Both the position numbers and the translations under genes were made by a program. A stretch of 64,000 bases of DNA, from assembly GCA_015680685.1 (NCBI GenBank), contig MNCI01000736.1, positions 124,001 through 188,000 of the forward strand, given 5' to 3'. This DNA comes from Gnetum montanum (taxonomy: Eukaryota > Plantae > Gnetophyta). This document shows positions 50,101 to 64,000 of the stretch, piece by piece; position 1 is the stretch's first letter, and each line of letters begins with the position of its first letter. Under the pieces are notes generated by a model that was not told where the DNA came from, ran no database searches, and saw only the letters and a list, made by a program, of their open reading frames with translations.

Positions 50101-51300
50101 GAAGATATTAGATCTAGTTACATTATCTATGGTTGCATCTACATCTTAACCTATGCACTATTTTTTGTTTATAACCTCTAAAGCTTTTATGATAAATTTG
50201 TATTGGCATTGAAATATGATAACTAGTCCATGCTCAGGATCATATCATACTCCTTGAGGTCCATGACATGAAAATCATTGATTAACTAAACTTCTTGAAG
50301 ATCCATAGGTGCATCTTCACATACTTTATTAACTCAGGTCTCCTTAGCTCTAATGGGAAATACAAAAAACCTTGGATGAAGAGCATAATATACAAGGGCT
50401 AACAAGGATTTACAAATGAATGAATATCACTAGGATCAAATGAAATAACATAGAAATGTATGAGATAATATCTTGTATCTTCTCATAGTATTAGGTTGCA
50501 CATCTAATGGTTGGTCTGCTAGAGTATATACCTAAGTTAGTTTTCCTACCTTGCTCTACCTAGTTGTGCTATAGATGTATCTTGCCCATCCTATATAGAT
50601 GGTCATCCTCAATCATAGAATATGATCCTTTGGCAAGAGCCTTAAACCTCTAACAAATATTTTTAGCCTGAACATATAATTAGTTTATCTCTATAAAACA
50701 TAAGTACTTAACTCAAACAAATGAACATCATACTTTGCTACCAACTCTATGCCTTGAAATAATTAGTAGAACTCATTCTCCTTGGTCTAAGAATATTAGA
50801 TTAATAAATATCTATCTTGAAAGGCTATTACAAAATTAGTCCACTATACCTCTTAATTTATCCACCTCTTGGCTTACTCCTTAATCTTACACCAACATTG
50901 TGTAGTACCTATCAATTGATATACTATTAATCATATTTATTATGCTCATGTATAATCCATCAAAAAAATTACATTTTTTAAATTTCCAATCCACTTATTT
51001 AATATAATATAATTATCAGTATAGTAAATGCTAGAGATCATAACTTATAGAATTACTCTACTAGCTTCCTACTCATACGCTATTTGGTTTGATCCATACT
51101 ACTATCCTTGAAACTTCCAACCTCTCTAGGAGCTAGAGTGAAGCCATCACCAATTGCATGTTACTACTAAAACTAAAATTTCTACTAAGAAAACTTAGCA
51201 TAACTACTTTATGTTTGCATGTGCATGTTACTTCTATGGACCTACCTTCTTAGACCCTTGTGCTTTATCATCATCAAAACTAGACTAGAACCCCATCTAC
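47124..51300 (-). pseudogene. highly degenerate Tekay-like gypsy gag-pol (RT ~48500-49250, RNase H ~48100-48400, INT toward 47124)
   Basis: LCIDYKYLNQVNMKNK..INNLFDQLQ...FSKID...YHQV; IIFLDDVLIYS; GFGYVL...VAYASH*LKPHE..Y..HDLEL. Confidence 0.82.
49426..50032 (+). mobile_element. family-A solo LTR with 5-bp TSD
   Basis: T(A)TCACATCCCC...GGGATGTCACA flanked by TCTAT (49421-49425 and 50033-50037); no PBS or PPT adjacent. Confidence 0.93.
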
Positions 51301-54300
51301 TTGTCATATTTCTTACTTGAAATCACAAGAAGGTAAGTATCACAAGTACCAAATAACTTGTAGTAATAACCTATTGTAATACTACATCCAAAATTATATA
51401 AATTATTGAAGTAAAAATAATAAATAAACATAAATAAAGTGGAAGAAACATTATAAATTAAAAGATCATCATAAGCATATTAGGAGAAAACCAAAACATT
51501 GATCATTATATATCACTATCTACTGAAACAACATCATGCATAATATTCATATACACATCATAAGAAATTAAGCTTATTATTCATATCCATAAAATATACT
51601 ATACATAACATGCATGCATAAATTCAAGTCCTAGCATATTAGTTTTCTAAATTAAAAATCATAAATACAAGTACATCAAATACATAGGCTTACATAATAA
51701 ACATGACTCCATCCTTCCCTTCAATTATGACATCCTCTTGTAATACTATACACATTACCTATATATAATAAATTTAGTATAAATTAAGAGGGAAGCTTTT
51801 ATACCTTCCTTGCAAGATGGCAGATAAGTCTTGCATTCAAGGAAAATAAAGAAAGAGAGTATGTTGCATCAAATGTCAATCTTGCATGCATATCAAGAAT
51901 CACATATACACATATCATCATATCATAAAGTTTCAAAGAACATATTGGTTAGAAATAGTATGAATGTATGCATTCAAATCCTCCATGAACATATCTCTTT
52001 CATTTTTAAAAGAGTAGGACATATTGGTAGTTTTTAATTTCATGTTGATATCTCCTTTTGATATACTAGGAGCTATAAGTGTGTTTTTTTAACAAAAAAG
52101 AGTCATAAATAGTTAAGTTAAGATAAAACATCCAAAAATGTAAAGAAGGGGCCAAAATCATTTATGAGAGTTCCATGGTGAAAAAGACAAGATCCTTTTA
52201 TAGAAAAAGTATAAATAGGGGGTGAAACCCTTTGATAGTAACTTACTAAAAGAATTGAAGTGAATAGTAAAGCTTTTTTTTTTCTTTATTTTGAGTGTTT
52301 TGTGTAGGTCTTTAAGTACCTGGTTGAAGCTCTTCTAGTTACAATTCTTTACTCTTTTCTTGTATTCTTACAACATGCTTCTCTCATCTTGAGAAGTTAA
52401 TCCATCTTCATGGTTTATTTTCTCAAGTTCTCATACCTCTTTTGCATAATTTCTTTTATTATCATGTAATTTTATATGTTTATTACATAATTGATCATGT
52501 TTTAAGTTCTTTCAAGATTTTAAAAGTTTCATTATGTTTCTTTATGTTTCCTTTGAAAAATTCAAGTACTACAAAGTGGATTTCAAGCTAGTTTCACTCT
52601 CAAGTTTTAGATTTAAGTTAATTTCTCTCTAATTTCATGTGCATGTTAAAGGTTTAAAGAGGATGTTATTCTATTTCTTATAAATTAGATATAAAATCCC
52701 ATTTCTTTCCTTGCATAAGCTTGTTCCAAGATACTCTAGCTTATATAAAGTATTCTATCCAAGTTTATGCCAATTTTATAAAACATTTATTATTAATGTT
52801 GAAAGGCTTAATGCATGTTCTCTTTTTTTTGTGCATGTTACATAGATCTAAAGAATTAGTAAATTTTTTAATGTTATTCTCATAATTGAATCCTTCCAAA
52901 ACATATTTATGGATCATATGTCATGTTTTAAGTCTCATATATGAGGTTGGTATTGGCATATTTGCTTAATTATAATGCAAAATTCTCATTTTTATTGTTC
53001 TATACATTTCCAACAATTTCACAATCTCATTAAAATGTCATAATGATCCATGGTAGATTTTTGATCAATTTTCTAAAGTACAGAGGAAGCAAAGATGGTT
53101 CATAAAGGCTACCATGACTTGTGGTTAACTTGTGATTTACATAGTTTGAAACTTTTCTTTGTTTTATATTATCATGACTTGTTGTAGAATACCATGACTT
53201 GATTACAATCATAATTTAACCCCTCCTCATATATCATGACCTATGGTTAGATTCCACAACTTTTGGTTAGCCTCCACAACTTAGTTACATCTCATTGTTC
53301 CATTTGTGATCACTCAAATGATCAAATTTAGAGATAAAATTTTAGAGTCATAAAGTTAATAAGAATGCTATTCTAATGTATATGCCTAATAATATACATA
53401 TCTTTTAGCATAACCATATGATAACTAGTGTTTAATAACATATATTAGACTCATATTGTAACTAGTGCTTCATGTGACATGTAGAGACATATCACTAATA
53501 ATGATTAGCACACTAATAATCATACTAGATCCACATGCCAACCTATGTTTCATACATATGTACATCAACATGACATGGAAAACTATTTCTACAAGCATGA
53601 CCATATATGTAAACCACATTATTACACGAGCTAATAGCAACATACTACAAGTCTCAAATCCTACTACTTCCATTAGCATATGATCATAACATATACATAG
53701 ATTGATACATCGATTACATTAGGACTAATGATGCACATAATACCAATTAAGAATAAACTCATTTGGTAGATATCATATTTGCATTTATTGTAGCATGTGT
53801 ATTTAGTCATAAATACTCATAATCAAATGCTTTCAAATCTTTTATTAGTCTTTCATTATTATAATTAGTACTAGAATCTATCAACTAGTGATTTGTAACC
53901 ACTAGAATTCTTGAGGATTGGTCATAGGTACAACAAATTACTCTAGTAAATCACATACTTGCCATAGGAATGAACACTTTTATGTTCACTGATGAGTGTC
54001 TAGGTATTCCAACACTCCATCATACAAGTCATGAACCTTCATGTGTGACTAGATCGTAATTCATGGATGGACAATATAAATATGCTAGTGGTTAAGAGTC
54101 AATTTATGATTGTTGTATTCTCAGATTTAGTTAGTGAAGTAAGAGTAGTATGCTTTAACTCTTAGTGAGGTATATGATACCATGATGTTGTAGGCTCAAA
54201 TTACTCATAAGTGCTTCTATAGTGAAAATAAAAGTAAAATGTAAATCTAAGCACCCATTCCTAGCTTGTCATACATGCCCTAGGCTCATGTAACTGTTAC

Positions 54301-55489
54301 TAGGATTACCAAGTAAATTCGCTACTAATTGAATTAAGTGAAATCACTACTAGGTTACCAAATGATTACACTTAACACTCGGAGCCAATCATACTTATAC
54401 CATATTACTAATGGACATTGAAAAAGTAAAGTACTTAGAAAATGTAAAAACACTAAATTAAACATATTATTAAATGAAAGTAAATTAAGTGAGATGTTGT
54501 AATGGTAAGAAAAAAACTCAATCTTTATTAGTAGTCTTGAATTATGTCAAGGTATAATCCACTTGAATAAACACTCCACACAACTATTAGTTACCACACT
54601 ATAGGCATTCACTTCTAACTCTAACTCTAAGTGTAAATCATGAAAAGAAATTCCAATAATTTTGCTGAGTGTTAAACTAAAGTTCTTTTTTTGACATGAC
54701 CAAAGGTTGGTATTTATAGTATAGACCAAGACCCTCTACATTGTATCAACAATGACAGATGTAGGGCTATGATTTCATAGATGTAATATCATAGATTCTA
54801 TAGCATCTGAAAACATTGGTGGCTAGAATACCAAGAGGTTGTCAAGCGTACAGCCTAACCCTGAGTCTGTGGGAGGGTTGTGCTAGAGAAAATGGAAATA
54901 GGATGTCTTGAACAGTCTAATCAATTAGACAAGGACTTACGTGGTGTCTAATAGCCAATTGCAAATAGTGATTTTAGAGTGTCATGCGTGGGAAGTTGGA
55001 ACAAGCAAGAATGCAACATGCATAACAGCATGAGCGTATCAACATGTGTATATTAATACATAATGATAATAAAAATAACAAGTATGCTAACAGTTTAAAA
55101 TATGTATTGTAGAAAAATAAGAGGAGATTTTAAGTGAGGAAATGCACCACCCCAAGATTGGGGGACTTGACTTTTGATCAAATGATATGTACAAATAGTA
55201 CGTGGTGTTAGACAAGCATAGCGAGGTAGTGAGGCAATGTGGTCATAGTTCCTAGGATGCTATAGGTGTAGTGTTGATATCCATAGATGAGATGAAACTT
55301 ACTAGACTGATAGTTGCTACACTATGTAGGTGCAAGGTGAAAGTGTCATGCTCAAGTACAAGGTTGAGGCAAATATTTGGAATGCTCTAATGTTGAGATT
55401 TTCCACTCATCAACCTTTTGTTTGCCAATCATCTGCCAAATCTAGTTGTAGAAGCTAACCCTTAGAATGTCTCTAACCTTGGCTTATGC

Positions 55490-57150
55490 ATGGTAGATGA
55501 GGAATAGGTCTCTACTGCCAAAGAAGAGGCCCCTACAGCAAAAGAGGAAGCTCCTGCTATAGAAGAGGAGGACCCTACTATAGAAGAGGAGGCCCCTACT
55601 GCAAAGGAGCCTTTTGTAGATAGTGTCCCATAGCCTAAGGGATGTATGATAGTTGAGGATGTCACTACACTCTTAAGGTAGCTTGAAGAAGAGGGGCTGC
55701 ATTTTGAGGATGATGAGTTTGCTAGTTCGTTTGATAGTGTGTAGATGGGCATCCCCCCACTCTTACCCCTGAGGGTTTGCTGGGTAGGAGCTTTGCACTG
55801 TCATTTATGTTATCCTCTAACTTTCCCTCTTTCCTCTTATCCTCTTCTATTTGTTTGTTTTCTTGTTTTCTTGTTATTTTCCTCTCCTTTTTCTTCTTTT
55901 CTTTATAACGCTAACATGCTTTATTGTGTAGTGGATGCTACTTCTACTAGGGGTATTGAGTCTTCATCTACTTTTTTCCTACAACCATGGGTAGAAACCC
56001 AAGATAAGTTTGCTTTTATGCAAGGTGTAGTGGATGATATGATCAATCGCTTAAAGCAAATCGACCCTAAGATAGGTTCATTTGGGCTATTACATTTTCT
56101 CTTTATGTTGTTTAATTTTTTTCCACCATTTTATGACTAACATTTTCTTGTTTTTGGTATAACAACTTCGCAACTTAAATGGGACCTGAGATGGGTAGTT
56201 GAAGTTGAAGCAATGCCTAAACTCCCTCTAGAGGTAATAGATGTGTCTTGTCATATATACGATGAGGCAAGTAAATGCACACTACACTTAGCATGATCAT
56301 TGTGGGAGTGTAGACATGTCAATGAAGACCTTTGAAAATGAGTTCAAAAACTCAAAAAAGAAAAGGTGAGCTAAGTAGCTAACCTAGAAGACCTACGATC
56401 ACAAAATGAATTCCTAATGGCTCATGATAATTCAGATGGAAACTGGCGTATGGCTGTAATTGATTATGCCAAATATTGATTGGCTATGAGAAGTAAGAAT
56501 GAAGCCACGTGTGAAGTGATTGAAAAACACCTGCAAATGGATCTCTTGGCTCAAAAGAACCAAGATTGGAAAGATTATATTACCAAGGTATATGAATGGG
56601 GGCAAGCACAAAAGAATCATAAGCATATGTACAAAATGGAACGTGCTGCTTACTACCAAGAATACAGAGATGCATCTATAGAATGGTGAGGTCATGAGCT
56701 ATTCCTTGAGGCTATTGGTGCTACCTAGGCCTATAATAGATTTGCAAAGCACTTAGTGGTTAGTGAATCCCAAAAGATGGAAATGACTATACCTTCTAGA
56801 GAGGCCACATCTACTATGTTTTCTCTAGGGCCACCCATATGAACAATTGTGGAGAAAGAGAAAATATTAGTAGGCGTTGATTTGGGGGAGGAACACTAGG
56901 AAAATTTGACTAAGGAAGAAATCCTCCGATGCTTGGCATCTAGCCTTAACAGAATACCACTAGACATGGATGTGGGCCCATCTTAGGTTAGTTAAGTCCA
57001 CTCTATTACAATTTTTTTCATGATAGCCTGACATGTCATCTTGCTTATCCATTGGTTTGTTGTTTTTTCCTTGGTTGGTGCAAGATCAAGAGGAAGATGC
57101 AAGACCTAGTGGGATGGTGGATAAAGACAGAGGAGAGAACCCATAGCCTA
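55490..57150 (+). pseudogene. antisense, apparently spliced accessory ORF with 21-bp (EEAPTAK-like) repeats
   Basis: Acidic repeat at 55520-55610; coding-like blocks separated by T-rich GT..AG stretches. Confidence 0.4.
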
Positions 57151-57329
57151 TTCATTGATATTTTTAAATTTTGAAATGTAACCCCCATTGTTGGGCAATA
57201 TTGCAACTTTGAATGTAAACATAATTTTAAACTATGTATTTCATTTATAGTTTAATGAGAAGTAAGATGCTTGTTTTATTTCCTTTGCATGGCATTTTTG
57301 TCGATGTAGTTAGGCCCCCTATGGGCCCC

Positions 57330-57605
57330 CTACTCTAGCTTAAGGCCATTTCAGGCCATGGCTAGTTTAAGGCCATTTTGGGCCATAGCTATTTTAAAGC
57401 CATTTTGGGCCATGCTATAGTTGCAACAAAGAGTGGGTTGCCAATTTTAGGCCTTGGCAGGCCATGCGATAGTTGGAGGTCATTCTGGGCCATAGCTAGT
57501 TTAAGCCCATTTTGGGACATGGCTAGTTTAAGGCCATTTCGGGCCATGGCTAGTTTAAGGTAATTTTGGGTCGTGGCTAGTTTAAGGCCATTTCAGGACA
57601 TGGTA
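57330..57605. repeat. ~27-bp tandem array GGCCATGGCTAGTTTAAGGCCATTTYG
   Basis: About 8 copies visible with one interruption. Confidence 0.88.
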
Positions 57606-57699
57606 ATATGACTAACTCAAAAAGTAAACATAATCAAAAATAAAAATTGTACAAGAAATCACAATAAAGACAAAAGAATTAAAAGAGTAATGTGGGGAC

Positions 57700-60600
57700 A
57701 TGCCCTAATCACATAATTGTTTCCTAACTTGATGTGGGTTAGGCAAGGTGTATGGCCTGGGAGACTTGTTGTGATACTCTTCTAAGTTTTCACCTGCTAT
57801 TGAAAAAGGTAACTCTACCCATGTAGTTTCTTCATACAAATTGTTAGTTTTGCATGGTTCACTTGCTGAACAATATTAGGTTGAATTGTAGATAGGTGAT
57901 GCATCTTCAGAGACTTCTATCTCTAACCCTTTCTCTATATCTATATTGTTGATAGATCAAGGGGCTACATCATCACCCAATATCACCACCTCTCCACCTG
58001 CATAGGGTAGGTGGATCTCTTGGTGTATTGGTGAAGAGACAACCCTTAATTAGGCTAACCAAGATCTTCCCAAGATTAGATTGAACCCTAGCATCTCTTC
58101 TACTACGATAAATTTTGTATTAGGGGAGAACTTATCCCCTGCCATGAAATTAATAGTGATGGTTCCCTTAACCATGACACATGCCCCATTGAATGACTTC
58201 AAACAAGAAGTTGTTGTAGGCCTGATTTGATCCACCAAGCCCAACATGTCAATAATAGGGAATGGGATCATGTTGGTTACAACCTCATCATCGACGTGCA
58301 CCCTACAAATCTTGTATTGACCTACATGAATTTTTATAAACATAGGGGTAGTGGTTACTTGACCCCTTTCGAGATCAACCTTAATGGCTTCATCATGAAA
58401 AGTCAAATGAGTTGACTGTGGTTTTTTAGTTTTTGGTGGAAGCATCATGGCATGAATGACCTTCTCTTCTACTATCATATCTTATTTAATAGGAATAGAT
58501 GCCAACATGCAGATGAAAGCCTCATGATGTGTAGCAGAAGTCATTATTAAATCATACAAGCTTGACATTGTATTTTTTTGTTTTGAAGCTTATCTAACTT
58601 GTGTGAGTGGATCTAAAAAATCTTGTCCACCGTCTAGTTGTTTAGTGGTTTTTGTTTCCTCTATACATCCTGAGAGGTGGATTTCTCAAGGAGGAGAGGA
58701 CTTGGCTTTCAGTTGGGTGGCATTTGTAGTTGCTTGTTATGAATGCATTTTCATCTTATCTTTAGATGGTGAAGCCATGGGAATCACTAATAAGGGGATG
58801 GACTTAGGAGGACCTAGTGCGATATGTTCTTTAGTCATTTTTTCAACTAAGAATTATTCATGTTTCCTTAGGCAAGAAGGTTGTGATGTAGCTCTAACCA
58901 CTAGACTTTGGGCAGGTAGTGAGTTCATATGTTTTGACACTCTTATAACAAAAGGTGCCTAGGTTGTTGTAGCAGCGTGTTGGGGGCTCCTAACAACAAA
59001 AGGTGTGATGGGTCCCTGTGAAGATACCTTAATGACAAAAAGGGCATGTGGCCTAGGTGAAATTGAAGCTTATGCACTATGAGAAGGCATATGGACCACA
59101 AATGGCTCATGTGTAGACTCTACATTTTCATTAACGCTAATGGTGTTAATAATATAACTTGCACTACCAGCATTCAATGCATCTTTATAAACATTCATAG
59201 ATTGGTTTTCCAGCTGAACAAGATTGTTTTTGTCAAGGACCAACTTACCTTGATTAATCATGCATTGGTTGTCATCTTTCAATGCCAAGTAGTAGTCTAT
59301 GTCATGGCCACACAATTGGTGACAATTGTAGAAGCGATCTAGCCTAAAATTTTTGGGCACTAGAGGCTCATTAGGCATAGCTACAGAGGGGCCCTAAAGG
59401 ATCTTGCAATACCTCTTGTGCCACTTGTGGGCCTCCTCCAACATTTTCTTATGTTGAATGTTCCTAACACTTAGTAATTGATCTAAGAGCTCTGATGGCT
59501 TAATAGGCAACAAGCTATATTTTGAGTGATCTTTACGCTCAAAAGTTGGCCTCTACAAAGTTTGTGTTGTGGTCGTTGACGTCGTAGGTTGGCTAGTTTC
59601 TACTTACCAAAGCTCAACATTTTATTAGTAGTTGTCATGGCCTTAGGTGCCATAGCCACCTATTTGTTGTTATTGTTTTTGGCTTCAACCACCACAGCAG
59701 CCACAATGGTTGTAGTGGCCTTCCCCTTTTCTTTATCTTTCTTTGCATGTGTATTCTTGTAAGTTATGTAAGTGGGATCTCTGCTAACCTTAGTCGCATC
59801 TTGTATACTTTTTGTCTGAGCAAATGCCTACCTAAGGGAGTGTGGTGCTAAATAGTATAGCTTGGATTTGATCAAATCATTTATAACATCCTTAAAAATG
59901 GCCAGTAGATGGGCTTCATCAATCGGCTCACAAATCTCATTTAAAGCAACACTCCAACATTGTATGAATTTTTGGACAGGTCTTAACACTTCTTGTTTGA
60001 CATTCATAAGTTGGTCTAAGGTGGCTTCTAGCTTCAAGTTATACTTGAAGCAAGTTACAAATTGACTCAGCAACTCTTCCAGAGTTGAAATAGAAGCATA
60101 GGGAAGCATGTGATACTAGTCTAAAGCCTTGCTAGTCAAGGACATAGCGAAGACATGAATAATCGCATGTGGCCATGGTTGTAGTAATAAGGGCTTGGAT
60201 CGAAAAGTAACTAGGTGGGCATTTGGATTACCCTCTCCATTGTATTTTGTAAATTGGGGAAGTTGTACCCTAGGAGGAAATGCAAGCAAAGGAACAACAG
60301 GGCTAATAGGGTCATCATGATAAAAGTCCATTACTTGGACTATTTCAAAGTTGGTAGCTTTAAGCCTCTTGACTTCATTGGTGAGGGTTTGAATGAGCTA
60401 AAAGACTTGGTCTAGACTCGAGGGTGTTATGAAAGGTTGCATTAGTTGGATTTTTGATGGTATTGCCAAAGTAGTCATCATTGGTGATGCTATTGGTGCA
60501 GCTACTAGTCCCATTGGGGATGCTGTCAGAGCAACTCCCATTGGTGGTGTAGTCTGAGTAGCCCACAACCCTATGGGTGGTGCGGTCAAAGCGACTACCA

Positions 60601-61531
60601 TTGATGGTGCTATGAGCACGGTTACCTACCCCATTGCCAGTGCAACCCATAGCCCCGTAGTTGGTTGCACCATGTGTGAAGCTTGATATGTTTGGGGCTA
60701 CATATACTGTGGCATATGAGATAGTTGGATAATAGGAAACGATGTCACTACCCACCATGCAGTTGAGGTTGGAGCTACTATTGTTGGTGGGATTAGAATA
60801 GAAGAAGTAATGGAAATAGGGCTAGTTTGTAGTTGTGATGTAGGCATAGTATATACATATGGCAACATAGGCATTACAGACATTAGTTGCAGAAATTGAA
60901 TGGATTGCATAGGAATAATAAAAGGAAAAGAAGTCGAAGGCCCTACATGCTATCGTGTTGATAGCATTTGATGGCTACCTACCACCAAAGAAGGTCTAGG
61001 TTGTGAAAGCATCGTAGCTATCACAAAAGAGGTGAAGGATTGTGACTAGTGTGGAAAAAATAAAAAAGTGGATTGTGAGGCTATGGTGTAGAGTAGGCCA
61101 CCACCCTCAGAATGGGATTCAAACTCCTCTTGCCCATCATGGAGGGGCTCATCATAATAAGATGTTTTGTCTTATTTCTTTGACCCACCCAATTACATAA
61201 ACTGGTTCAAAATCCATTAGAATGTTTCAATGAGTAGTATAATGGCATCAGGAGCAGGAAGGAACTTCCTTCCATTCCGGTGGATGATTTCAAAATTACA
61301 CTTTTTTATGAATTTGTAGCAGTCCAACGGTAGACCTACTTGGATTTTTGCACATAAGAAGTTGTATTACTCCTCATCACATGGTGTGCATTCGGGTGAT
61401 TGATGTTGTAGTTGAAGAGACTGACATTGTGGTTGCGTTGGGCTAAGCAGTTGCTCAAGATCTATCGCATGTTGCAAGGGATGAGCTATTTTCAAACTCA
61501 AAGTGGCAGTTGAGGTGCTAGATGGGTTCAT
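57700..61531 (-). pseudogene. gag and protease of the Tat/Ogre-like element
   Basis: PPRVQLPQFTKYNGEGNPNAHL..F; CH.L.GHDI..C-like knuckle; RVHVDD...NMIP..FNLILGRSWL. Confidence 0.82.
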
Positions 61532-64000
61532 TTTTACTATGTCAAAAAGGACGTGAGAAGAAAAGAAACTAGTGAGAAATAGTGAAATACAATAAATTTT
61601 GAGCTAAAATTCTTAAATAGGTAAGCTGCATAGAAAATAGGCCAAAAACAACAAATTTTGAAAATGCTGAAAAACTAATAGTTTGTGCTATTATGCTCAC
61701 TACACTAGATAGGACTGTCACATTGATAGGGTCTTCATGCTACATGTGCTACACTACATGGAACATAGAGAGCTTAACACAGTATACAATTTTGGGCTTT
61801 TCATCCTACAGGGTTCTAGTGTAATTGTCAATCGAGATCAATCTACACCGACTGAAACATAAACAATTCTTGCATTGGCCTATGATCCAGCTACTACTGT
61901 AGTAAATCCACAAGGATGTTACATTTACACTAGTCTATTACTAGTGATGAGGGTATAGAAAGCATGCAAGAGTACTTGTGGTACATAGAAGGAATAGGAA
62001 TGCCCTCCTTCTAGCATCAAAAACTGTAGCATCTAAAAACATCGATGGTTGTAACATTGCGAGGTCGTTAAGTGTACAACCTAATCCCGAGTCTGTGGGA
62101 GGGCCATGCAGAAGAAAATGGAAATAGGGTTCCCTAAATAGTCTAGTCAATCATACAAGGACTTACAAGGTGTCTAATAATCATTCGCAAATAGTGATTT
62201 TAGAGCATCATGCACGGGAAGTTGGAACAAGCAAGAACACAACATGCATAAGAGTGGAAGTGTATCAATGTGTATATCTTAATACATAATGACAATAAAA
62301 ATAAAAAGTATACTAATAGTTTAAAATATGTGTTGTATAAAAAATAAAAGGAGAGTTCAAGTGAAGAAATGCACTACCCCAAGATTGGGGGACTTGACTT
62401 TTGATCAAATGATGTGTACAACTAGTACGCAGTGTCAGACAGGCACAAGAAGGTAGCAAGGCAATATGGTCACAGTCCCAAGGACACTACAGGCGTGGTG
62501 TTGATAGCCATAGATGAGATGAAGCTTGCTAGACTAATAGTTACTATGCTATGTAGGTGTAGGATGTAGGTGTCACACTCAAGTACAATGGTGAGGCAGA
62601 TATTTGGAATGCTCTAATGTTGAGATTTTTCACTCATCAACCTTTTGTTTGTCAATCATCTACCAAAGCCAACTATGGAAACCAACCCTTAGAATGTGGA
62701 TTACTGGGGTATTTATAGGGCCAAGATTAAGGGAAGACATGGATTGGATGCCACATGTCCTGGATCCCACATAGAATGAATGTGAATGTGTTACGATGAT
62801 GTGCTATGCTTGAAGTGCTAAGCTTAATGGTGCTACGCTCAACAGGACAAGAATAGGGACTAAAAATCTACCAAACTGACACCATATTGCCCAAATTGCA
62901 TGTGCCAAAGTCTAAAGAACTACCATGTACCTACAAAAATGTCCAAAACAAATGCAACTTAAAGCCTACACTCTAGGACTACATCTTCTCTCCTCTTTTA
63001 AGTAGGATCAAGCATAGGAACAATTTTGGGGGTCAGCAGGGGGTACAAAAATAAAGAAAATTGTTGATCTCAATCATTAGAGAGATGCCAAATCTGAAAT
63101 GAAGGTTGATGTTGAATTTTGGAAGCTTTTGGAGCATTTGGAGGTGTTTTCTAAGTGTTATGTTGTCTATGCTACCCAGTGTGATGAAGCATAACATAAA
63201 CACTTAGAAAACATTTGGTGTTTTGGCCCGCTATGTTGTCTACGCTGCACAGCATAGCATGGTGTAGCACCTATTTTCCAATGAATTTTGCCAAAATTAA
63301 AAACATCACTTTATGATTTAGCGAGACAAGTAATTTCAACAACCATAAAAATGCATCTTCCCTATCAAAATAACCTAATACCCCCTTGTTCCATACTTGG
63401 AACATTTTTGATCTCGAAGTCTCTACTATGTTGTCTACGCTATGCAGTGTAGTAGGGCATAGCACCAAATTTTGAGTGAATTTTGATAGAATTTGCAATT
63501 TTTTTCAATGACACACTGATCATACTTTGAGGATGAAGTAGGACAGGCAACCTTGGAAGTCAAAAAATTGCCAAACACAGCTTCCATGTTCGATCCAACA
63601 CTTAGGAAAAATTTTAGCCCCGCATGCCCTGCTATGCTATGCAGCGTAGCAAAGTGTAATAGGTCCAAAGATAGAAAATTTGCCAAAATATTTTTTCAAC
63701 CTAAGCATTTTTTACAACTCCTAGCCTAGCGCCTGTGTGGACTAACAACCAGGACATGTGTCAAGCTGGGCAAGCTAGAGAGCGTAGCAAGCTTGATGTC
63801 CCAATAGATAGAAAATTTGCTAAACTGTTTAGTCCATCCTTAGTGCCCTTTTTGTGCAAACTGGCCTTGGAAATGGATGCTGCATTGACTATGCCAAGGA
63901 GCATAGTAGACAGACCTAGAAGAAACTTTGCAAACATTAGGACTTCCAAGGTGCCACGCTATCTATGCAGCATAGTGTGATACCACACTTAGAGAAATTT

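Larger units (their letters stand above)
54796..62697 (-). mobile_element. Tat/Ogre-like gypsy derivative with gag-protease only, bounded by ~680-bp direct repeats
   Basis: 54796-55470 and 62022-62697 are direct repeats; gag and protease lie on the minus strand; no RT/INT seen. True LTR ends and PBS not identified. Confidence 0.65.

Noticed and set aside
51300-54000. PBS/5' LTR of the Tekay-like element
   Set aside because: AT-rich and too degenerate; no convincing TGGTATCAGAGC or LTR partner found.
54000-54730. Inverted LTR distantly related to the Athila-like LTR
   Set aside because: Only short motifs (CTAGGATTACCAAG, TATA) are shared; termini could not be defined.

Overview
AT-rich, CG/CHG-depleted land-plant heterochromatin made almost entirely of old, nested retrotransposons. 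No intact host gene is visible. From left to right: (1) a chromovirus-type Ty3/gypsy element ('family A', copy A1, 1-7160, minus) inserted in a Tat-type gypsy (aRH-INT 7161-8891); (2) an array of imperfect palindromes (13.9-15.6 kb); (3) a pol-less Sirevirus-like copia (17469-23991); (4) an RTE LINE; (5) a Tekay-like gypsy (minus) interrupted by an 18.5-kb Athila-like element (28575-47123) and a family-A solo LTR; (6) a pol-less Tat-like element (54.8-62.7 kb). The main discovery candidate is family A. Both internal copies share a 5' module of a GGCC-rich block, a 22-bp tandem array and a 53-nt 5S-rRNA-derived Pol III control region (A box/C box). A1 places gag-pol downstream of this module and has a head-to-head antisense Plant Mobile Domain-like gene. 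A2 becomes visible only after undoing a precise 2.34-kb inversion; it has no gag-pol and instead carries a CCR4/nocturnin-family deadenylase gene between the 5S-like box and the PPT/3' LTR. All identities were counted by eye and all family assignments rest on recalled motifs, not database searches.
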